Assembly (NCBI GenBank): GCA_049512935.1
Contig: JBEKWR010000002.1
Coordinates: forward strand, 116,887 to 180,886
DNA length: 64,000 bases
Source of the DNA: Candidatus Bathyarchaeia archaeon
GTDB taxonomy: Archaea; Thermoproteota; Bathyarchaeia; Bathyarchaeales; Bathycorpusculaceae
Direction of reading: 5' to 3'
Part shown: positions 28,401 to 37,604 of the stretch, piece after piece
Layout of the letters: each line of letters starts with the position of its first letter
Numbering within the stretch: the stretch's first letter is position 1
Notes under the pieces: generated by a model
Told to the model about the DNA's origin: nothing
What the model saw: only the letters and a program-made list of their open reading frames with translations
Databases searched by the model: none
Program-made: the position numbers and the translations under genes

Positions 28401-28863
28401 TAGCTTGCTTGTACTTAAGTTAAGCTATTTCTATCATGTATTAGAGTTTCAACATGAATCAGCCCACTTGAAGAAATCAGAGTTCGCTGCATTTGAGCGC
28501 TCCCATACCTGGAGCCATTGAAAAACTTGTCAAGATAAAAGCTAGCTTCTGGACTTGCGAACCTAATCAGCTGAGCCATGGTGCAGTGCCTTTTTATTTC
28601 CGAAAAAGGATAAAGCGCGCGCTTAAAACTTTCCCATGGACCTTTTTTCTCATCTTTCGTTTCTGGCTCTGCTCAATATGGCTGTATGGTAAATTACGCG
28701 TTGGTCAGTCGGCAACTGTTGAACGTGACTATTTGTTTGCATTTGAATGGGAAAATTTATGGGAATTGGCTTCTAGTTTCGGGTACGCGTCGGATTGCCC
28801 TATAATTCAGAAAGTTTCTTATAGCGGGTTGGATTATCCACCCTAACATGAGGGGATAATAGG

Positions 28864-29838
28864 ATGGTAAATAGAAACATCATTTACATTGCGACCGTAA
28901 TAATCATCGTAATAATAGTTTCAGGCGCATTCATCTACGCCGATTATAAAACTACAAATCAAAACGGCAAGACAGGCATTACTATAACCGACGACGAAAA
29001 CTACAATACCACTCTGGCTGCTATTCCACAAAGAATTGTGTCATTGGCTCCCAGCTGCACCCAAATTCTATTCGCAATAGGAGAGGGAAGCAAAGTTGTA
29101 GGTGTCACAAGCGCTGACGATTACCCATACAATTTTGCAGCATGGGCGGCGGCTGGCAACATGACAATTGACGGAGACTACGGAAACCCAAACATGGAGG
29201 CTATTGCAGGGCTTCGTCCCGATTTGATAGTTACAGACAGTATTAATGACCCCAAGCTTCCAAGCATGAGAAGCCTTGAATACAACGTGATAGAACTAAA
29301 CCCATCTACAGTCGAAGGAATCTACAAAGATATAGCATTAATGGGGAAAGCGACAGGGGCCACCACTGAGGCGAATACAGTAATCCAAAACTTGACAAGC
29401 ACAATTAATTCGATAGCGACAAAAATCGCTAATGCGCACGTGACTCCGCTGAAGGTCTTTTACGAAGTTTGGACCCCGCCACTTATTACCGCTGGCTATA
29501 CGACCTGGATCAACGATGTCATAAGCAAGGCTGGCGGTGTCAACATCTTCAGTAACTCAAGCGACACCACAGCGTACCCGACAGTTTCCTCTGAAGCCGT
29601 TGTTGCACTCAATCCAGACGCGATATTCCTACCCACAGAAATGGGACAAGCCCCGTTCTATGGAAGCGTCAACGATGTGAAGGCAACGCCAGGGTGGAAT
29701 ACAATCAGTGCAGTGCAAAACAACAAAATCTTCGTCGTCAACGGAGATGTCTTCGCAGAACCTGGCCCCAGAGTTGCTGACTGCGTCTATGCTATCGCAT
29801 CCGACTTGTATCCACAGCTTTTCAATTCCACCTCCTAA
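28864..29838 (+). CDS. btuF: Corrinoid ABC transporter substrate-binding protein
   Basis: PQRIVSLAPS.T.ILFAIG, PGPR. Confidence 0.8.
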   Translation: MVNRNIIYIATVIIIVIIVSGAFIYADYKTTNQNGKTGITITDDENYNTTLAAIPQRIVSLAPSCTQILFAIGEGSKVVGVTSADDYPYNFAAWAAAGNMTIDGDYGNPNMEAIAGLRPDLIVTDSINDPKLPSMRSLEYNVIELNPSTVEGIYKDIALMGKATGATTEANTVIQNLTSTINSIATKIANAHVTPLKVFYEVWTPPLITAGYTTWINDVISKAGGVNIFSNSSDTTAYPTVSSEAVVALNPDAIFLPTEMGQAPFYGSVNDVKATPGWNTISAVQNNKIFVVNGDVFAEPGPRVADCVYAIASDLYPQLFNSTS

Positions 29839-29855
29839 TTTTTTTGTCGTGAAAT

Positions 29856-30932
29856 ATGATGAGTGCAGAGGGTAGCTACGTCAAGCGTTCGTCGCGATGG
29901 AAAGTAATCTTAGCCGCATTAGTGTTAGCTCTCGTTTTGACCTTAATAGTGTCTCTTAACATAGGTTACGCTTCTTACATATCCTTCTCGCAAATCTTGG
30001 CCATATTAGGCAAGCAGATTCCGTTCCTGAGCGGCTCAATAAATTCAGCCTCAATATCGCCATCCGATCAAGCTATAATTTTGCTAATTCGTTTTCCGCG
30101 TGTGCTCGCTGCCGCTTTAGTCGGAGCAGGACTGGCCGCGGCGGGTGTCATTTATCAGGGTGTTTTCAGGAATCCCATGGCTGACTCGTACCTGCTGGGT
30201 GCCTCAGCGGGCGCGTCAGTGGGTTACGCCATCGCTATCTTGTATGTTTCGACTGCCTTTACAATTGTGGGTCTAGGAATAGCGCAGGCTTTCGCGTTTA
30301 TGTTTGCCTTGTTAGCCGTGTTCTTGGTGCTTTTTGTTGCGAGGGTTGGCAATAGAATTCCAGTCACCAACCTGCTACTCACAGGCTTAGTCTTCAACAT
30401 CTTCTTTCTAGCTTTGTTCTCAATTATGGAAGTTCACGCTGGTCACGCTCTCAGCGGGTTAGTTGGTTTTACCCTAGGCGGATTCTCCGACATTGTTTGG
30501 CTGCAGGTCTGGGCTGTATTTCCTTTCGTAATTGCTGGCATAGCCATAACGTTCTTCTTTACCCGCGACCTAAACATGCTCTCCATGGGCGACGAAACCG
30601 CGCAGCATCTGGGGGTGAACACGGAGAAAGTGCGCCAGATGCTGCTCATTATCGCGTCTCTGATGACGGCGGCGTGTGTTGCAATCAGCGGCGTCATAGG
30701 TTTCGTAGGCTTAATTGTTCCCCACATGACCCGGCTGGCTATTGGACCTGACCACAGAATCCTCCTTCCCGCCTCAGCAATCGTCGGAGCCATGTTCTTA
30801 GTGATTTGCGACGCATTTACAAGAGTCGCTACAGGAGCATCTGAGCTGCCTGTCGGGGTCATAACCGCCCTCGTCGGCACGCCGGTCTTCATCTACCTGA
30901 TTAGGAGGAGAAGAACAGCCTATTCGCTTTGA
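29856..30932 (+). CDS. btuC: Corrinoid ABC transporter permease
   Basis: RFPRV, FRNPMAD, IGFVGLIVPH. Confidence 0.82.
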   Translation: MMSAEGSYVKRSSRWKVILAALVLALVLTLIVSLNIGYASYISFSQILAILGKQIPFLSGSINSASISPSDQAIILLIRFPRVLAAALVGAGLAAAGVIYQGVFRNPMADSYLLGASAGASVGYAIAILYVSTAFTIVGLGIAQAFAFMFALLAVFLVLFVARVGNRIPVTNLLLTGLVFNIFFLALFSIMEVHAGHALSGLVGFTLGGFSDIVWLQVWAVFPFVIAGIAITFFFTRDLNMLSMGDETAQHLGVNTEKVRQMLLIIASLMTAACVAISGVIGFVGLIVPHMTRLAIGPDHRILLPASAIVGAMFLVICDAFTRVATGASELPVGVITALVGTPVFIYLIRRRRTAYSL

Positions 30933-32302
30933 GGAGACAGAAAAACATGGTTTCACTGAATATCGATGGGGTCGAATGCCGTTACGGCTCAATCAAAATC
31001 TTAGAGGACGTGAGCCTATCGGTGAAGGCAGGTGACTTCGTGGGGATTTTGGGACCCAACGGCTCCGGCAAAACCACGCTTCTTAGAAGCATAAGCCGAA
31101 CGCTCAAACCGTATAAGGGCGCTATCATGCTAAACGACAAGGACCTTTACTCTCTTAAAAACATAGAAGTGGCAAAGCAGATGGCTGTGGTTCCACAGGA
31201 CAACTCAATCAGTTTCAGCTTCACCGCGTTGGAGGTTGTTTTGATGGGGCGCAATCCGCACATGGAGCGGTTCCAGATGGAAACTGAAAAGGACATGGCT
31301 ATCGCCCGAAAAGTCATGAATTTGACAAATACGTGGCATCTGGCATCGAGACCTGTGAACGAACTCAGCGGCGGAGAGCGGCAACGTGTAATTATTGCCC
31401 GGGCCTTGGCGCAGGAACCTAAAGTTCTGCTCTTGGACGAGCCCCTCACATACCTCGATATCATCAACCAGTTAGAAGTCATGGATTTAATCAAGTCGCT
31501 CTGCGTGGCTGATGGAATAATAGCCATGGCTGTCGTCCATGACCTTAATCTTGCAGCTCGATACTGCAACAACGCTTTACTTCTTAAAAACGGGAAAGTC
31601 TACGCCGCGGGAACTATAGATACGGTGTTGACTAGCGAAAACATAAAAAACGTCTTCAGAGTAGACGCTTTAGTGAGGAAAAACGCTGTCACCAACTCCC
31701 TCTATGTCACCCCGCTGTCACCTCAGAAAGCTTCGACTCCGAGAAACTGTTCAATTCACATAGTCAGCGGGGCAGGAACAGGAACCGTGCTGATGAAGGC
31801 TCTCCAAGAAGAAGGCTACACCATAACAGCCGGCGTTCTTAACGTTTTAGACACCGACTTCGAAACCGCGGAATTTCTGAATATACCCGTAGTTAGTGAA
31901 GCGCCATTTTCCCCAATAACCGAAAAAAGCTGCATGGCAAACTTTGACATGATGACCAAGGCAGGATTTATCGTCATAACCTCGGTTCCATTCGGCTACG
32001 GAAACCTTTCCAATCTGGAATCGGCGCTTGCAGCTGTCAAACTGGGAGTCCAAACCTACGTTATCGAAGAAGAACCTATAGAAAACCGCGACTTCACAAG
32101 CGGCAAAGCAGCAGCCTTAATGGAAGAGCTGAGGAAACATGGTGCCGTCTTCATCAAACATGCCTCCGAGCTGCCGACGCTGGTCAACGCAAACCATGAT
32201 TTGATGGAACTGCAGAAAAACGGGCAGAAAGAAATTCCAGGTCACACAAAAAACGTCACCAAAGAAATTATACAACCTACAAAATGTAAGGAGCAAACCT
32301 GA
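30929..32302 (+). CDS. btuD: Corrinoid ABC transporter ATPase with C-terminal extension
   Basis: GPNGSGKTT, LSGGERQR, HDLNLAA. Confidence 0.82.
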   Translation: MRRQKNMVSLNIDGVECRYGSIKILEDVSLSVKAGDFVGILGPNGSGKTTLLRSISRTLKPYKGAIMLNDKDLYSLKNIEVAKQMAVVPQDNSISFSFTALEVVLMGRNPHMERFQMETEKDMAIARKVMNLTNTWHLASRPVNELSGGERQRVIIARALAQEPKVLLLDEPLTYLDIINQLEVMDLIKSLCVADGIIAMAVVHDLNLAARYCNNALLLKNGKVYAAGTIDTVLTSENIKNVFRVDALVRKNAVTNSLYVTPLSPQKASTPRNCSIHIVSGAGTGTVLMKALQEEGYTITAGVLNVLDTDFETAEFLNIPVVSEAPFSPITEKSCMANFDMMTKAGFIVITSVPFGYGNLSNLESALAAVKLGVQTYVIEEEPIENRDFTSGKAAALMEELRKHGAVFIKHASELPTLVNANHDLMELQKNGQKEIPGHTKNVTKEIIQPTKCKEQT

Positions 32303-33412
32303 GTGCCCTCAAAAACAAACCCTGAGCTAACATTTGGCGTGGAGAAACACGGCAGAAGGCTGGATCATTTCATCTGGTCATGCACAAGGGCTTACCCTGT
32401 TAAGCACGCTTTTTCTCTCGGCGACGGAAAACCATTACCGAACGAGTTGACAACTGCGGAAGCTAAGGTTATGCTTAAGAAAGTGGCGGATTTCGGAGCC
32501 GACAACCTGTTCATTTCCGGCGCTGGCTGGACTGGAGAACCTCTGATGCGTAAAGATTTCTTGGAGCTGATTCGTTATGTCGCAGAGTTGGAGCTGGCGC
32601 CTTACGTGAAGGTCACTGGCTGGCATTTCAATCGCAAAGTCGCGGAGGAGTTGGCTGAGGCGAAATGCAAAGCTATAGTTTGCTTCGCGGGGCTCAAGGA
32701 AACTGATGCTAAACTGCGTGGGGAAGATGCGTTTGATGAAAGCTTAGCCGCGGCGAAATTGTGTAAAGAGTTCGGAATTCCTTTTGCTGTAAGCGTCATA
32801 AACACAAAGTACGTTGCCAACCAAGTTTCTGCTTTAGTCGAGTTTGCCATTGATTTAGGCGCTCGCAGTTTCCATTTGGCTTCACTGATTCCTCAGCCTA
32901 TAGACGTTGAGAACCAGCTTAAGGTGCTTGGTCCGCTCGAGTCTACACCCCAGGAAAAGGAAACTCAGCTCGAAGAAATTTATGAACTAAACAAAAAAGT
33001 AAGAGATAGAATCCTTATAGTTCCTTACGAAATGTTCAATAACCGTCTTTTGAAAACGAAGGAACCGCAAAGAGAATTGCGCAGCACCTGCAGCATGTGC
33101 GACAACCTGGTCAAAAACGAGTGGCTGGAGATTTTAGAGGACGGAAAAGCATACGCTTGCGCCCCTCTCGGCTTAGAGTTTGGCGACATAAGAACAGACA
33201 GCATTCAACAAATCATGGATCGCATGCGTGTATCCGACAAAATTAAGACGCTGGCAGACCGATCCAACCTCAAAGGCAAATGCGGCATCTGCCAATTCAA
33301 AACTATCTGTGGCGGCTGCCGAGCCCGAGCTTACATCTACTCGAAAGACCCGTTAAACCAGGACCCGGCGTGCGTTTATCAGCCGAAAAAAGCAACGTTC
33401 GAGGGCAACTGA
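32303..33412 (+). CDS. Radical-SAM/SPASM-like protein lacking CxxxCxxC
   Basis: WSCTRAYPVKH where the cluster motif should be; ELTT.EA, GEPL; SPASM CGIC...CGGCRARA...DPAC. Confidence 0.75.
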   Translation: MPSKTNPELTFGVEKHGRRLDHFIWSCTRAYPVKHAFSLGDGKPLPNELTTAEAKVMLKKVADFGADNLFISGAGWTGEPLMRKDFLELIRYVAELELAPYVKVTGWHFNRKVAEELAEAKCKAIVCFAGLKETDAKLRGEDAFDESLAAAKLCKEFGIPFAVSVINTKYVANQVSALVEFAIDLGARSFHLASLIPQPIDVENQLKVLGPLESTPQEKETQLEEIYELNKKVRDRILIVPYEMFNNRLLKTKEPQRELRSTCSMCDNLVKNEWLEILEDGKAYACAPLGLEFGDIRTDSIQQIMDRMRVSDKIKTLADRSNLKGKCGICQFKTICGGCRARAYIYSKDPLNQDPACVYQPKKATFEGN

Positions 33413-33435
33413 ATTTCGCTAAGTAGGTCAGAACA

Positions 33436-34068
33436 ATGACACAAGATGAAAACAGAAAATCGCTTGAGTTCCTAAGAAACCGAGCGTTAGATTTAGGCGC
33501 CGTTGACGCAAAAATAATTCCCGCCGAAAAAATCGTGGTAGCAGACCGCGTTGTTTTCAAATGCCGTCTGGGCTGCGAAAAATATGGAAAAACATTGGCT
33601 TGCCCCCCTTACGCGCCGACCCCCAGTGAGTTTCGAAAAATCGTCAGTGAATACCACCACGCGTTGTTCATGAAATTCAACTCGCATGCTGAAGGCAATT
33701 CAGAACTCATAAAATACCTTGCAAAAGCCGATGACCCGTCTGTTCCCCCAGAGATGAAGGCGAAAGTGGAAGTTTTCTGGTCCGCATGGAAAGATGACAT
33801 GAAACATTTGCTTGAAACAGTTTTAGAACTCGAAAAAGCAGCGGCTGAAAAAGGGTATCTTCTTGCCGTAGGATTAGTTTCAGGATCATGTCAACTATGC
33901 GAAAAATGCAACGTTCAGAATGGGATATGCGTGCATCCCGCTAAGAGACGATTCTCCGAAGAGGGAGTGGGAGTCGACGTGAAGGCAACTGCCGAAAACG
34001 CTGGCGTAAAATTTACTTTGCCTTTCAATAAAAACCCTGAAACCTTTGCCCTGCTCTTGATAGATTAG
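33436..34068 (+). CDS. DUF2284-type predicted metal-binding protein
   Basis: KC..GC..YG...ACPP, GSC.LC..C.....C.HP...R.S.EG.GVDV. Confidence 0.8.
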   Translation: MTQDENRKSLEFLRNRALDLGAVDAKIIPAEKIVVADRVVFKCRLGCEKYGKTLACPPYAPTPSEFRKIVSEYHHALFMKFNSHAEGNSELIKYLAKADDPSVPPEMKAKVEVFWSAWKDDMKHLLETVLELEKAAAEKGYLLAVGLVSGSCQLCEKCNVQNGICVHPAKRRFSEEGVGVDVKATAENAGVKFTLPFNKNPETFALLLID

Positions 34069-34289
34069 GCAAATGTTGCGCTGGGTTTCCTCGGAAGGAA
34101 TTTTGGAAATTAGAGATTTTCTGGTCCGCACGCTGGTTTATCGGCCACTGAAGCAAAAACTTGCTCAGCAAACTCATCTTGCTCTTCGTTCCCGCTGACC
34201 GCGCGCTGACATTTTAGCTGACCAAAAATTTTCAAAAAATTTTTCGTTCGCTATAAATTGAAAGTTAAAAAAAAGCCATTTGGCAGGTC

Positions 34290-35000
34290 TTAATCTTTCT
34301 TCATCGCTTCTACCTTTAGCTCTTTAGGCATAAGCTCGATAGCGTACCTCAAAGCTGTTCGAGGCATGTCGGCTTTGTTTTTAACAACATACTCGAACAC
34401 TTCTTTTTGGTGTCTCCTGCTTTCCTCTTTCAACAGCCACCCATAACCCTTCTGCACCATATCATCCTCATCAGCCAACAGCACGTCGCAGATTTCAAAG
34501 GCATCTCGCAGGAAACAGCCTTTTTTTGCTGGAACAATAAGCGACACAGCAGCGGCACGTCTAAGCCAACGGTTCCCGCTTTTAGCCCAACTCTTAACTT
34601 CGCCAAGAACCTGCGGGTACTTCTGGATTAAGTCGCCGACTGTGTGGTTGCAGAAACCGTCGCATTTAGCCCAATTATCAATGTAGTTTTCAATCCACGC
34701 TTTGAAGGTTGCCAAATCAGCTGGTTCAAGGTTGCAAACGTAGTTGGGCAGCCAGAAGGCAACTATGAACGCTTCCTCTGTATAGTCTGAACGGTAAAGC
34801 TCCTCGCAAAGATTGAAAATCGCTTGCTTGCTTAGGGTTTGTACTTGCTTCCAGTATTTTTTAGCTATTTTCCCGACAGTTGGTGTTTTCACACCGTAAT
34901 ATTTTACCTGCTCTTTGAAAAAGCGTTGAAAGGTTTTTTGAGTTTGCGGGTCAGTGTTAGCTTGCAAATCTTGTCTTATCTGTTCGAGGATAGTGTTCAT
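34290..35000 (-). CDS. AlkD-like DNA alkylation repair protein
   Basis: GVKTP, IDNWAKCD, MVQKGYGWLLKE, PRTALRYAIE. Confidence 0.85.
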   Translation of the reverse strand: MNTILEQIRQDLQANTDPQTQKTFQRFFKEQVKYYGVKTPTVGKIAKKYWKQVQTLSKQAIFNLCEELYRSDYTEEAFIVAFWLPNYVCNLEPADLATFKAWIENYIDNWAKCDGFCNHTVGDLIQKYPQVLGEVKSWAKSGNRWLRRAAAVSLIVPAKKGCFLRDAFEICDVLLADEDDMVQKGYGWLLKEESRRHQKEVFEYVVKNKADMPRTALRYAIELMPKELKVEAMKKD

Positions 35001-35085
35001 GGCTGTAAAACGGTATTTTGTTAATAATAGCTTTTCGTAAAACTTGAAACAAAATTACAATTAAAAGTGGAAGAAGCCTTAGCGG

Positions 35086-35379
35086 CTAATATTCTTCCAT
35101 TTGGTAGAGGTTAAGGTCGATGTTGAGGGTTTTTTCTGGCGTGTGTGCTTCTTCCAAGTCATAGAGGTTGTGCGTGGCTTTCTCCAGACTGCTTGTTATT
35201 TCAGGAGCCATTTCGGATTTAGCCATCCCAACTTTCATTTTAGTCTTGGGCTTGCGGACTACGTGGGAAGTGCCTATTACCATGGAGTTGTCGATCATTT
35301 TTGGGACAACTTCAACTTTAACGTCTTCAATCATTAACGTGTTCTTGAGGGCTTCGTCGTGTAATGCGTGTTTAGTCAA
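35086..35379 (-). CDS. Hypothetical protein
   Basis: TTG start overlapping the stop of the RHH gene. Confidence 0.55.
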   Translation of the reverse strand: MTKHALHDEALKNTLMIEDVKVEVVPKMIDNSMVIGTSHVVRKPKTKMKVGMAKSEMAPEITSSLEKATHNLYDLEEAHTPEKTLNIDLNLYQMEEY

Positions 35380-35527
35380 CGCCTTTTCGCCTCCAAACCT
35401 CGGCACTGATTAGGTCGCGGATGGCTACCCTGATGGCTTCGGCGCGGTTAGGATAGAACCGCTCGTCAACCAGCTGATCCAAAGCTTTTATATATGTTTC
35501 AGGCAGATACAGAGTGATTAGTTTCAT
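35372..35527 (-). CDS. 51-aa CopG/RHH regulator (CdrS-like)
   Basis: Not in the ORF track: MKLITLYLPETYIKALDQLVDERFYPNRAEAIRVAIRDLISAEVWRRKGVD. Confidence 0.85.
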   Translation of the reverse strand: MKLITLYLPETYIKALDQLVDERFYPNRAEAIRVAIRDLISAEVWRRKGVD

Positions 35528-35741
35528 TAGTTTATCTCTCCCAATTTGTGATTGAACAAACAGACAGAGTCTCGCAACCTATACATGTATATAATATGCT
35601 GTAAACATGCCTATAACATGTTCATGCCACAGCATATAAGCATTTGAAAGACCATGCTGCAGCTATCTGTCAATTTCCACTCAGGAACCTTTAAGTTTTT
35701 ATTCTTTGTTGAAATAACTAACATGCTGGTGTACATGCTTA

Positions 35742-37031
35742 TTGCAGGTTTTCCTTAAGAATTTCGGCTGCTCAGGAAACATCGCTGACGGCGAAGTCTT
35801 AGCTGGCTGCCTACAACAGGCTGGCTTCCAACTCGTTGCCTCAGAAGCCGAGGCTGACGTTTTAATCTACAACACCTGCGCGGTGAAAGGACCAACGGAA
35901 AACCGAATCATAGACGCCATGAAACATGCGCCGGCAGCCAAAAAACTTGTCGTTGCAGGTTGCCTGCCCAAAATAAGTTTTGAACGGCTGCTTAGGGAGG
36001 TACGCTTTGATGGTGCAGTCGGTCCCGCGGTTGGCGCGGAAATAGTCGACGTGGTTAAGCGTGTTGCGGCAGGCGAAAAAGTCGTCGAGTTAGACGAGTT
36101 GAACGTGAAGCCGGAGCTTGATTTGCCGAGAGTCAGGTCTAACCCTGTTGTGAGCGTTGTCCCGATAAATTATGGTTGCTTGGGCTCTTGCGCCTACTGC
36201 TGCGTTGTCTTCGCAAGGGGACACCTGAGAAGCTACAGCATCAAAGAAGTCGTTGACCGAGTGAAAGCCGACGTTGCAGGTGGCATGAAGGAGTTTTGGG
36301 TGACCTCTCAGGATACCGCATGCTACGGAAGGGATCAGCACAGCAACCTCGCGGAGCTACTGCAGACGCTGGGCGACTTGCCTGGCGATTTTCGAGTTCG
36401 CGTAGGCATGATGACCCCAAACATGGTAACTGACATGCAGGATGAGCTGATTGATGCTTTCAAAAGCGATAAAGTCTTCAAGTTTCTGCATTTGCCCGTG
36501 CAGAGCGGCGATGACGAAACTTTGAGGCGCATGCGCAGGTTTTACACGGCAGCCGAATTCGTGGGCGTTGTTGAGGCGTTTAGGGCGCAGTTTCCTCAGT
36601 TGACGCTTGCCACCGACGTCATCGTTGGGTTCCCAGGCGAAACAGAGCAGGCTTTCCAGAACACTCTCGAACTCTTAGAGGAAGTCAAACCTGACATCGT
36701 CAACGTTTCCAAGTTCTTTGCTAGACCCAAAACTTCAGCGTGGCGGATGCAGGATGGCTTGGTTGCAAAAGAGGAGATTAAGCGCAGAAGCGCCGTTGCG
36801 GCGGAGTTGGCTAAGCGGATTTCTCTAGAGCGGAACCTGCGTTGGGTAGGCTGGGCTGGGGAAGTGCTAATCGATGAGAAAGGAAAAGTTGAGGGTTCAT
36901 GGATGGGACGCAACTTCGCCTACAAACCCGTCGTCGTAGAGAACAAAGATTACTTGCTGGGTAAAAAATTACAGGTCAAGGTTGTGGAGGCCTCGGTTAC
37001 TTATCTCAAGGGCATAGTCGCCCTAAACTAA
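35742..37031 (+). CDS. tRNA methylthiotransferase (MiaB-like, e-MtaB type)
   Basis: UPF0004 domain, CLGSCAYC, TRAM domain. Confidence 0.9.
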   Translation: MQVFLKNFGCSGNIADGEVLAGCLQQAGFQLVASEAEADVLIYNTCAVKGPTENRIIDAMKHAPAAKKLVVAGCLPKISFERLLREVRFDGAVGPAVGAEIVDVVKRVAAGEKVVELDELNVKPELDLPRVRSNPVVSVVPINYGCLGSCAYCCVVFARGHLRSYSIKEVVDRVKADVAGGMKEFWVTSQDTACYGRDQHSNLAELLQTLGDLPGDFRVRVGMMTPNMVTDMQDELIDAFKSDKVFKFLHLPVQSGDDETLRRMRRFYTAAEFVGVVEAFRAQFPQLTLATDVIVGFPGETEQAFQNTLELLEEVKPDIVNVSKFFARPKTSAWRMQDGLVAKEEIKRRSAVAAELAKRISLERNLRWVGWAGEVLIDEKGKVEGSWMGRNFAYKPVVVENKDYLLGKKLQVKVVEASVTYLKGIVALN

Positions 37032-37151
37032 CGTGTTAAAAAGCAGCTTGAATCGAGTTAAGGGCTTAACGAAGACTGCTTCGTAATCTGAGCTTTAGCT
37101 ATTATAAGAATTTTTATATGTGCGCTCATCCCTTAAACAGTTGGGAATTGC

Positions 37152-37376
37152 ATGCGAGACTTCGACGTAGTTCTCTTGGAAGATGAAACGGGCGGGTACG
37201 TAGCTATAGTGCCTGCTCTGCCTGGATGTCATACGCAAGGCGACACGTTAGCGGAAGTTATGGAAAACGTGAAAGAAGCTATTGACCTTTATTGGGAAAC
37301 GTTAACTGCGCAAGAGAAGAAGGATTTGCTGAAAGAAAAATTCGTTGGCATACAAAAAGTGAAAGCGCTTGCCTAA
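37152..37376 (+). CDS. hicB: HicB antitoxin
   Basis: GGYVAIVPALPGCHTQGDT. Confidence 0.9.
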   Translation: MRDFDVVLLEDETGGYVAIVPALPGCHTQGDTLAEVMENVKEAIDLYWETLTAQEKKDLLKEKFVGIQKVKALA

Positions 37377-37602
37377 AATTCCGCCGATAAATTCTTTGAA
37401 GTTAATAAAAATTCTGGAGCACGAGGGCTTCAAAGTTATCCGTCAGAAAGGCTCACACGTTATCCTGATTAACCAGGAAAAAACAAGAATAGTAGTTCCA
37501 TTGCATCCTGGAAAAGATATTAAGCCTGGACTTTACAGAGCAATACTACGGGAAGCGGGGATAAATCGCGAAAAATTCCTTAAACTTTTGAGGGAGAAAT
37601 AA
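37369..37602 (+). CDS. hicA: HicA toxin
   Basis: GF...RQKGSH...VPLH. Confidence 0.9.
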   Translation: MPKIPPINSLKLIKILEHEGFKVIRQKGSHVILINQEKTRIVVPLHPGKDIKPGLYRAILREAGINREKFLKLLREK

Positions 37603-37604
37603 AC

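Noticed and set aside
28400-28863. Cobalamin riboswitch before btuF (GCAACTGT and GGGAA present)
   Set aside because: The motifs are in the wrong order and the B12-box/stem architecture could not be built. The 28493..28846 ORF also looks spurious.
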